DNA of 64,000 nucleotides from Alphaproteobacteria bacterium (GTDB lineage Bacteria; Pseudomonadota; Alphaproteobacteria; UBA7887): NCBI GenBank assembly GCA_965214495.1, contig OZ243958.1, positions 405,989 to 469,988 of the forward strand, read 5' to 3'. Shown piece by piece: positions 42,893 to 50,963 of this stretch (position 1 is its first letter; each line of letters starts with the position of its first letter). The notes under the pieces were generated by a model. It saw only the letters and a program-made list of their open reading frames with translations, ran no database searches and was not told where the DNA came from. The position numbers and the translations under genes were made by a program.

Positions 42893-45800
42893 CCGCGATG
42901 CGGGCGAGCTTCGGCGCCGGGCGCTTCGTGGACCTGGCCTGGACGGCGCCGGCCAACGGCGGCGCGGTGGCGTCTTACGAAGTGCAGTCGCGGCGCGGGA
43001 CGAGCGGGGAGTGGACCACCGCTTCGAGCAATGTGAAGGGGACCTCCTACCGCGCGGTGGGGGCGGCCTACGCCTACTACGAATACCGGGTGCGGGCGGT
43101 GAACGCCTACGGCGCCGGGGCATGGTCGGAGGAGAAAGCCACGGTCGGCATCCCGCCGGCGCTCGACGTGCCGGGCGCGCCGCAGAACCTCGCGGCGACG
43201 GTGGACACCACCACCCAGGTCACGCTCACCTGGGACGCGCCCACCGAGACCGACGATGCAGGCGAACCGATCCCGGTCACCGGCTATGAGGTGTCGCGCG
43301 CCGCCGGCGCCGCCCCGGCCGACAGCGACTTCACGAGCCTCGCCAACAACCACGGCGGGACTTCCTGGACGGACTCCGGGCTGACCTCGGACACGCAGTA
43401 TTGGTGGCGGGTGAGAGCGTTCAACAACGCCGGCAGCGGGGCGGATTCGGAGGTGACCGCAACGCCGTCGATAGCGACCGCGAACACCCCGCCCACCGGT
43501 TCCGTGACCATCGCCGGGACGGCGACGCAGGGCGAGACGCTGACGGTGGACACGACCGCCATTGCCGACCCGGACGGCCCCGCAAGCCTGACCTTCGGCT
43601 ACCAGTGGAAACGCGGCGGGACCGACATCCCCGGCGCGACCGGCGCGACCTACACGCTGACGCAAGCCGACGTAGGCGCGGCGATCGCGGTGACGGTGAG
43701 CTGGACCGACGACGGCGGCATGGATGAGTCGCTGACCTCGGCCGCGACGGCGGCGGTGGCCAATGTCAACGACACGCCGACCGGTGCAGTGACGATCACG
43801 GGGACGGCGACGCAGGGCGAGACGCTGACGGCGGTGACGGACACCATCGCCGACGCGGACGGGTTGGGGACGTTCAGCTACCAGTGGAAGCGCGACGGGA
43901 CGGCCATCCCCGGCGCGACGGGGTCGACCTATGTGCTGGCGCAGGCCGATGTGGGCGCGGCGATCACGGTGACGGTCAGTTGGACGGACGACGGCGGCAC
44001 CGCGGAGTCTCTGACTTCGTCCGCGACGGCGATGGTGGCGAACGTCAACGATGACCCGACCGGCGCGGTGACGATCGCGGGCACGGCGACGCAGGGCGAA
44101 ACGCTGACGGCGGTGACGGACACGATCGCGGACCCGGACGGGCTCGGGACGTTCACCTACCAGTGGAAGCGCGACGGCGCGGACATCGCGGGCGCGACCG
44201 GCTCGACCTATGTGCTGGCGCAGGCCGACGTGGGGGCGGCGATCACCGTGACGGTGAACTGGACCGACGGCGGCAACACGATGGAGTCGCTGACCTCGGC
44301 GCCGACGGCGGCGGTGACCGCCGCGAACCGGGCGCCGACGGGTTCCGTGACGATCGACGGCACGGCGACGCAGGGCGAGACGCTGACGGCGGTGACGGAC
44401 ACGATCGCGGACGCGGACGGGCTCGGGACGTTCGCCTACCAGTGGAAGCGCGACGGCGCGGACATCGCGGGCACGACCGGCACAACCTACGTGCTGACGC
44501 AGGCGGATGTGGGCGCGGCGATTACGGTGACGGTGAGCTGGACCGACGGCGGCAATACGGTGGAGTCGCTGACCTCCGCGCCGACGGCGGCGGTGGCGAA
44601 CGTCAACGACGCGCCCATCGGTTCGGTGACGATCACAGGCACGGCGACGCTGGGCGAGACGCTGACGGCGGTGACGGACACGATCGCGGACCCGGATGGG
44701 CTCGGAACCTTCAGCTACCAGTGGAAGCGCGACGGCGCGGACATCGCGGGCGCGACCGGCTCGACCTACGTCCTGGTCCAGGCCGACGTGGGGGCGGAGA
44801 TCGCGGTGACGGTGAGCTGGACCGACGGCGGCAACACGGCGGAGTCGCTGACCTCGGCGCCGACGGCGGCGGTGACCGCCGCGAACCGGGCGCCGACGGG
44901 TTCCGTGACGATCGACGGCACGGCGACGCAGGGCGCGACACTGACGGCGGTGACGGACACGATCGCCGACCCGGACGGTCCCGCGACGCTGACCTTCGGC
45001 TACCGGTGGCATCGCGACGGGACGGCGATCCCCGGCGCGACCGGCGCGACCTACGTGCTGGTCCAGGCCGACGTGGGCGCGGCGATCACGGTGACGGTGA
45101 GCTGGACCGACGCCGGCAACACCGTCGAGTCGCTGACCTCGGCGCCGACCGAAGCGGTAGCGGACGGCATCGACGTCCTGGGCGCGGATCCCAGCCCGCC
45201 GCCGACCGTAACGACGAACGCGGACGGGACGACGACGGTCGCTGCGGAGGTCGGCGGGTTCCCCGTCCGACTGACGTTGCCGCCGGGACACGGCGTCGGC
45301 GGGGTCACGTTCGATCCCGACGCGACACCCGCCGTCGCCTCGCCGCACGGCGTGACGTTCGGCGCCCACCCCGCCTGGGTCGGCATCGAACTGGATGCGG
45401 AGCTTCCGGTCGGCGCGAGCGCCGTCGTCTGTCTGCCGAGGCCGGAAGGAGTGGACGAACCTGCGGTTTACCACCTCCACGACGACGCGGCGGAGTGGAC
45501 CGCGCTGGAACCCGCCTCGTCGCCGGACGGCTTCGTCTGCGGCGAGACGGAGTCGTTCTCCACGTTTGTGGTTGGCGGCGCGTCGTCCGACCCGGTCCCG
45601 ACCTTCGAGGGCGAGTCCGTCCCCGACCAGATGTGGACGGTGGGCGAGGAGATCGAGGCTCTCGTCCTCCCCGCGGCTTCGGGCGGCGACGGACCGTTGC
45701 GCTACACGCTCGAGCCGGACGTTTCCGCTTACGGTCTCGTCTTCGATCCCGCGGAGCGCGCCGTTGCCGGGACGCCGGACGCCGCGCTCTCGAAGAAGCG

Positions 45801-47400
45801 GTTCATCTACACGGCGACCGACTCCGACCCGGTGGGCGCGGACAGCGTCAGTCTGGCGTTCTACGTCACCATCGCCGACGACCTCGATGAGCGCGGGCGC
45901 GCGATGAAGCATACGCTGGCGGCGTTCGGGCGCACGGTGGCGGAGAGCATGGTGGCCACGGTCGAGGAGCGCGCCGCCGCACCGCGGGGGCGGTCTTCCG
46001 GCAGGATGAAGGGGATGATCGGCGGGCAGGCGATATCGCCCGAAAGCCTGGGCTCCGGCGAGGAGATGAAGCGGTTCTTCGGGGCGTTCCTGGAGGACGA
46101 CGGCAGCCTGCGTTCCCTGGACCGCGACGACCTGTTGTCGGGAAGCTCGTTCCACATCGCGCCGGTGGGCGGCCGGGGCGACTGGGTGCTGTGGGGCCGC
46201 GGGGACCGGTCAGGGTTCGAGGGCCATCCGCTGAACGGCTTCTCGATGGAGGGCGATGTGCTGTCGGGGCATGCAGGCTTCGACGTTCTCCCACGCGAGG
46301 ACCTGCTGACGGGACTGGCGATCAACCGCAGCGAGGGAGATATGGACTGGCGCTTTGCGGAGGGGCCGGAGGGCACGATCGAGGCCGGTGTGACGAGCCT
46401 GCACCCCTACGCGCACTGGTCGCCTCGGACGGATATGGGGGTGTGGGCGATGCTGGGCTACGGTCGGGGCGAGGCGGTTCTGGACGATGGCGAAACCGGG
46501 CCGGCGGCGACGGCGCTGGAGATGCGGATGGCGGCGGCAGGGGCGCGCAAGGAGCTGGGTCCGGCGGGCGGTGCGGACTGGGCGCTGAAGGCGGACGGTT
46601 TCGTGGTGGGGATCGATACGGAGAAACGTCCGCTGCTGCCGGCGGTGGCGGCCGAGGCACACCGCCTGCGGCTGGGGCTGGAGGGCAAGGCGGACGCGGC
46701 GCTGGCCGGCGGGTCGCAGGTGACGGGGACGGTCGAGTTGGCGGCGCGGCTGGACGGCGGTGACGCTGACGAGGGCGCGGGCGCGGAGGTCGGCGGCGGT
46801 CTGGCCTGGGCCGATCCGGGTCTGGGCCTGGACGTGGAGATGCGCGGTCGCTTCCTGGCGGCGCATGGGGCGTCGGGGTTCGAGGAGTGGGGCATGAGTC
46901 TGTCGGCGAAGTACGACCCCGGCGAGCCGGGCGAGGGTCTGCACCTCGCGCTGGGGCCGTCCTGGGGCGACATGTCGGGCGGCGCGGATGCGCTGTGGCA
47001 GAACGCGCGGACGATGGAGACCGGGGCGGCGGACCGGGAGGAGAGCGAAGGCGCCGCCGGGATGCGGCTGGAGGCCGAGGCGGGTTACGGCCTGGACCTG
47101 ATGGGCGACACCGTTCGCCTGACGCCGTTCGGGATGCTGAGCGGAACGGAGGGCGACGCGCACGCGCGCCTGGGGACGCGTCTGGGGGTCGCAGCGCGGC
47201 CCGGCCTGAACCTGGACCTCGAGTTCTACAACGAACCGGAGCGCCGCGACGCCGAGACAGGGGGACCGCTCTTCGGGATCGACGGCCGCTTGCGGCGCGA
47301 AGTTGACGGCGGCCGGGGCGAGCTCGAGTTCACGGGCGGAGCGCAGGCCGGTGAGGAAGAGGCGTTCCGGATCGGCCTGCAATACCGCATCCGGTTCTGA
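42889..47400 (+). CDS. Giant autotransporter adhesin, fragment 4 of 4 (frame 1): FN3, six tandem 93-aa cadherin-like repeats, a third copy of the 130-aa block, and the C-terminal autotransporter beta-barrel translocator.
   Basis: 1503 aa. The C-terminal ~450 aa are homologous to the C-terminus of the second autotransporter (56652..60401) and end ...AFRIGLQYRIRF with a terminal aromatic residue, as in type Va beta-domains. Confidence 0.75.
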   Translation: MTAMRASFGAGRFVDLAWTAPANGGAVASYEVQSRRGTSGEWTTASSNVKGTSYRAVGAAYAYYEYRVRAVNAYGAGAWSEEKATVGIPPALDVPGAPQNLAATVDTTTQVTLTWDAPTETDDAGEPIPVTGYEVSRAAGAAPADSDFTSLANNHGGTSWTDSGLTSDTQYWWRVRAFNNAGSGADSEVTATPSIATANTPPTGSVTIAGTATQGETLTVDTTAIADPDGPASLTFGYQWKRGGTDIPGATGATYTLTQADVGAAIAVTVSWTDDGGMDESLTSAATAAVANVNDTPTGAVTITGTATQGETLTAVTDTIADADGLGTFSYQWKRDGTAIPGATGSTYVLAQADVGAAITVTVSWTDDGGTAESLTSSATAMVANVNDDPTGAVTIAGTATQGETLTAVTDTIADPDGLGTFTYQWKRDGADIAGATGSTYVLAQADVGAAITVTVNWTDGGNTMESLTSAPTAAVTAANRAPTGSVTIDGTATQGETLTAVTDTIADADGLGTFAYQWKRDGADIAGTTGTTYVLTQADVGAAITVTVSWTDGGNTVESLTSAPTAAVANVNDAPIGSVTITGTATLGETLTAVTDTIADPDGLGTFSYQWKRDGADIAGATGSTYVLVQADVGAEIAVTVSWTDGGNTAESLTSAPTAAVTAANRAPTGSVTIDGTATQGATLTAVTDTIADPDGPATLTFGYRWHRDGTAIPGATGATYVLVQADVGAAITVTVSWTDAGNTVESLTSAPTEAVADGIDVLGADPSPPPTVTTNADGTTTVAAEVGGFPVRLTLPPGHGVGGVTFDPDATPAVASPHGVTFGAHPAWVGIELDAELPVGASAVVCLPRPEGVDEPAVYHLHDDAAEWTALEPASSPDGFVCGETESFSTFVVGGASSDPVPTFEGESVPDQMWTVGEEIEALVLPAASGGDGPLRYTLEPDVSAYGLVFDPAERAVAGTPDAALSKKRFIYTATDSDPVGADSVSLAFYVTIADDLDERGRAMKHTLAAFGRTVAESMVATVEERAAAPRGRSSGRMKGMIGGQAISPESLGSGEEMKRFFGAFLEDDGSLRSLDRDDLLSGSSFHIAPVGGRGDWVLWGRGDRSGFEGHPLNGFSMEGDVLSGHAGFDVLPREDLLTGLAINRSEGDMDWRFAEGPEGTIEAGVTSLHPYAHWSPRTDMGVWAMLGYGRGEAVLDDGETGPAATALEMRMAAAGARKELGPAGGADWALKADGFVVGIDTEKRPLLPAVAAEAHRLRLGLEGKADAALAGGSQVTGTVELAARLDGGDADEGAGAEVGGGLAWADPGLGLDVEMRGRFLAAHGASGFEEWGMSLSAKYDPGEPGEGLHLALGPSWGDMSGGADALWQNARTMETGAADREESEGAAGMRLEAEAGYGLDLMGDTVRLTPFGMLSGTEGDAHARLGTRLGVAARPGLNLDLEFYNEPERRDAETGGPLFGIDGRLRREVDGGRGELEFTGGAQAGEEEAFRIGLQYRIRF

Positions 47401-47502
47401 CGAGGGGTCGAGGGCGTTGGCGTGCGGCGGCCGGCGTCAGAAGGCGAAGCTGACCGAAGCGGCGGCGGCGATCTCCCGGTCGTCGGTGCCCAGGCCGCCG
47501 GC

Positions 47503-50484
47503 CTAGATCCCGGCGCGCAGTTCGCCGCCGTTCCAGCCCAGGACCCCGCCCAGCCCGAGCAGAACCCGCGTCCTCTTCCCCTCCGACCGCAGACGCTCGC
47601 CCGATACGACCACTTCCGTCGTTGCATCGAACCAGTGCTCCAGGTCCACCGAGCCGCGGACCGAAAGGGACCGCTCTCCGCCCGGGCCGCCGCGCAGGAC
47701 ACGAACGGTCTCCGCCGCCAGACCGACGCCGCCGCCGCGCCGTTCCCCGTCCGTCAGCGAGACCCGCGAGTCGACGGCGTCGGCGAACCGCTCGACGGAG
47801 ACGTCGGAACGGACCAGCCATGCCCGCGGCGTCAGCGCCGTCTCCGGCCCGACCGCGACCCGCCTCCCCGCCTCGGCGCGGAGCGAAAGGGTCGAAGCCC
47901 GCGTATCCGCGTCGATCGCGCCCCGGCTCGACGCCGCCGGCGGGTCCGCCGACAAATCGACATCGTAGCGGGTGAGCGACGCCCGGGCCAGGCCATAGGC
48001 GCCGTCCGCACCGCGCCACGCCGCGGCCAACGCGACGCCGAAACCGTCCACTTCGATCTCGCCCGCGCCGGTCGGCGAGGCCACGTCCGCCGATCCCCGG
48101 ACGTGGCGGACGGAAGCCGTGCCGGTGATCTCGTCGTCGAGGGAGATATCCGTCCCGGCTTCGGCCTCATATCTGTCGAAATCGTATTCGGCGCCCGCTA
48201 CCGACCGGTTCGCGCCGTAGCTCCCCGTACTGCCCGAGAGACGCCCCCACACCAACGGGCCGGGCGCACCCCCCGGCTCCCGCCCGGACAGGGACGGCGC
48301 CGCCCGTTCGAGCCGCAGCAGAAATCCCGGCAGCGCTTCGTAAACAGCCGAACGCGCGGCATATATCTCGAGAAAGTCGGCGGCGGAGAAGTTCGGCCCT
48401 TCGGCGCCGGCGTGCAGGGAAATGTCCCGGGCTCCGTTCGCGACCGCGAGATTCGATCGCCTTTCGCCGTCGTGCAGCGTCACGCCGTTGACGACGATGG
48501 CGGTCCGGCCGGGATCGATCAAGGCGCCGTCGGTCTCGATGCCGTTGTCGTTGCGGACATCGCCCCGGACCGCTCTCGCCCACCGGCGGCCATCGAGATC
48601 CACGTCGACGAGGAGCTTGCGATCCATGCCGCCGGCGCCGCCTGCGGCATGGACGGCGATGCCGGAATCGGCTCCCACGCTTCCGCGCGGCCCGACCGAG
48701 ACCTTGCCGCCGCCGCCGAAATACAGTCCCGCCGCGTCGCCGGAACCGCCCCGCACCCGGCCGTCCACCGAAACGGTCTGCTTCGCATAGCCGTCGTCGT
48801 CCCTGCCGGCGCCGCCGAGCGCCATGCCGTGGCCGCCCGCGGTAACGCTCGCGCCCCGGGTCAGGGAAACGTCGATGCCGGAGCGGGCAGCGTCGCCGGT
48901 ATTCGTTACCTCGATGCCCGCGGCGGATTCGACATCGATGCTGCCGCCCGCCATATCGATCTCGACGAGACCCCGCGACCGGCCGATATAGACGCCGTTC
49001 CCGTCGCTGCTGCCGACATCGACGTCAACCTCGGTCAAGTCGATATCGATATCGCCGTCGCCCCAGTGATGCGCATATATGGCGGTGTCCCATTGTCCGT
49101 CCCCTTTCGCGGCGATGCCGCCGCGCGTGACCGAAACACCGATGCGGGAGTCGCCGTTGGCGATCAGACGGAGCGCATCGCCGTCGGTCGTCTCGATGCC
49201 GGTATCCGTAAGGTCGATGTCGATGTCTCCCTGACCGATCAGGTCGATACCGATGGCGGTTTCCCCGGCCGTCTTGACGCTGCTGCGTTCGAGGTTCACG
49301 TCGATATCGCCCGCGGACTCGTGCCAGGCCAGGACGCCCTCGGCGTGCTCGCCCCGGGTTTCGATCGCAGTATCCGAAATGTCGATGCTCAGCGGGCCGC
49401 CGTTCTGCGAGCCACGGTTGAAATACGCCGCATAGACGCCGCTGGCGAGGGAGCCTCGAGTTTCGATCCTGCTCCCCGAAATGTCGATGTTCAACTCGCC
49501 CGCATTTATATGGTCGGCCCGCACGCCCATGGAGCCGCCCCAGGGGACCGTCGCGTCGCCTCTGGTCAGAATGTGGAAATTCTCGACAACGATATCGATA
49601 TCGCCCGGGCGCGCGTCGGCGCTATTGTAGCTGTTGCCCAGAACCGCCAGCAGACCTTCGGCTTGCGTGCCGGAAGTTTCGACATCGGGATTGACGGCGT
49701 CGAGGGTTTCCGCTCTCGCCACGATCCTGACGTTGCCGCTGCCGCTGTTGTCGGCTCTCACGCCGACGCCCCCGTGGCCCGTCGTCTCGACGGTGCCGCC
49801 GGAAAGGTCGATCAGGATATCGCCGTCATAGTCCTCGTCCCTGAACTCGTCGGGATACCGGTCGTTATCGCCGTCGTATCGACTGTCGATCGCCGCCCAG
49901 ATGCCGCTCCCGACGCTTCGAATCGAGCCGCCGGTCATATACACGTTTATATCCCCGGACGTTCCCTGTTGGCGCACGCTGATGCCCCGCGGCCCCGTCG
50001 TCGCCTGCTCGGCGGGACCGTCCGCAGTCAGGTCGGCGGACGACCTGACGGTAATGTCGCCGTCGAAATCCGGCCCGGTATCGACCCAGAAAGCGCCGTA
50101 ATAGGCCCAGTTGTCGTCGGGCAGGTTCCATCGCCGGCCATGGTCGTCCGTCTGTTCGTCGACCGTAACCTGGGGCCTGCCGCGAGTACCGGCGATTCTC
50201 AATCCATCCGCCAGCTCGAACACGTAATCCGTCTTCCGCGTATTCTCCGGTAGCTGGTAGAAGACATTGCCTTGGGACGGATCGTAATTGCCGTCGTCGC
50301 ACACGACGGTCCGCGAACCCGTCGCGGGGCCGCATTCGTCAACGGCTCCCGCCCCGCCGCCCCCGAGAGCGAAGACAACGGACAGTCCGAGGACGGGCCA
50401 GCTCCTGCACATTCGGTTGAGTTCGTTCGCGACGCGAGGCGCCGACAGGCGATGCGGCTCAGAGACCGGTGACGTGGGAGTCAT
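47503..50484 (-). CDS. Autotransporter (type Va) with a beta-helix (pectin-lyase-like) passenger. The coding sense actually continues 22 codons past an in-frame TAG to 47437.
   Basis: 993 aa. ATG 50484 has an SD (agagggaaaga). An extended signal peptide precedes the hydrophobic core WPVLGLSVVFALGGGGAGAV. The passenger carries many GDIDIDLT/GxIxV beta-helix rungs, and the beta-barrel domain follows. After the TAG at 47503-47505 the same frame reads AGGLGTDDREIAAAASVSFAF-TGA, the canonical terminal beta-strand ending in Phe. Confidence 0.75.
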   Translation of the reverse strand: MTPTSPVSEPHRLSAPRVANELNRMCRSWPVLGLSVVFALGGGGAGAVDECGPATGSRTVVCDDGNYDPSQGNVFYQLPENTRKTDYVFELADGLRIAGTRGRPQVTVDEQTDDHGRRWNLPDDNWAYYGAFWVDTGPDFDGDITVRSSADLTADGPAEQATTGPRGISVRQQGTSGDINVYMTGGSIRSVGSGIWAAIDSRYDGDNDRYPDEFRDEDYDGDILIDLSGGTVETTGHGGVGVRADNSGSGNVRIVARAETLDAVNPDVETSGTQAEGLLAVLGNSYNSADARPGDIDIVVENFHILTRGDATVPWGGSMGVRADHINAGELNIDISGSRIETRGSLASGVYAAYFNRGSQNGGPLSIDISDTAIETRGEHAEGVLAWHESAGDIDVNLERSSVKTAGETAIGIDLIGQGDIDIDLTDTGIETTDGDALRLIANGDSRIGVSVTRGGIAAKGDGQWDTAIYAHHWGDGDIDIDLTEVDVDVGSSDGNGVYIGRSRGLVEIDMAGGSIDVESAAGIEVTNTGDAARSGIDVSLTRGASVTAGGHGMALGGAGRDDDGYAKQTVSVDGRVRGGSGDAAGLYFGGGGKVSVGPRGSVGADSGIAVHAAGGAGGMDRKLLVDVDLDGRRWARAVRGDVRNDNGIETDGALIDPGRTAIVVNGVTLHDGERRSNLAVANGARDISLHAGAEGPNFSAADFLEIYAARSAVYEALPGFLLRLERAAPSLSGREPGGAPGPLVWGRLSGSTGSYGANRSVAGAEYDFDRYEAEAGTDISLDDEITGTASVRHVRGSADVASPTGAGEIEVDGFGVALAAAWRGADGAYGLARASLTRYDVDLSADPPAASSRGAIDADTRASTLSLRAEAGRRVAVGPETALTPRAWLVRSDVSVERFADAVDSRVSLTDGERRGGGVGLAAETVRVLRGGPGGERSLSVRGSVDLEHWFDATTEVVVSGERLRSEGKRTRVLLGLGGVLGWNGGELRAGI

Positions 50485-50683
50485 GAATCTTTCCCTCTAT
50501 GAGCCACCCGGGGGCCACTCTGCAATTTAGCCGTCGCTTACGCAATCCCCAAACTTCGCGATATCTGTACCGGACAACCGCGGCCGCCGGCGGCGATGCG
50601 CCCCGCGCCCGGGCGCCTTCGAGACCGCGTCCGCCCGCATCTTGTAGTCGCCCATCGGCGGTAGTGTGCCTGCTTCCGGTCCG

Positions 50684-50960
50684 ATGCGCCGCGCAAGGCG
50701 GCTTCTTCGCACCGCGCCGGGCGCGTTCGCGTTCGCCCTGGCGGTGCCCCTGCTCGCCGCCCCGGCGGCGCTCGCGCAGGACTCGGGCGTGTGCGACCGC
50801 ACGCAGCAGGTGCGCGACGAACTCATCTTTCTCGCGGATCGTACCGCCTGCGCGGATGTCACCGACGCGGATCTCGCTGAAATCGGCGCGCTGACCTTGT
50901 CAAACAAAGGCATCACGGCCTTGCAGGCGGGCGATTTCGCCGATCTTACCAGCCTGACCC
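50684..50960 (+). CDS. Second large autotransporter adhesin, fragment 1 of 4 (frame 2): signal peptide and the start of the LRR domain.
   Basis: MRRARRLLRTAPGAFAFALAVPLLAAPAALA/QD (alternative GTG start at 50666). The first LRR is GITALQAGDFADLTSLTRL. Sense then continues in frame 0 (NLARNDLTSLPASVF...), and the remainder of ORF 50666..51745 is out of frame. Confidence 0.65.
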
Positions 50961-50963
50961 GGC

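Noticed and set aside
20009-46155. Many very long minus-strand ORFs across the adhesin genes (for example 24285..29138, 1617 aa; 35325..42956, 2543 aa; 42766..46155, 1129 aa; 56613..60587, 1324 aa)
   Set aside because: They are antisense frames of GC-rich repetitive coding sequence. The composition is dominated by Arg/Gly/His/Pro with no signal peptide or domain signatures, and they fully overlap strongly supported + strand genes.
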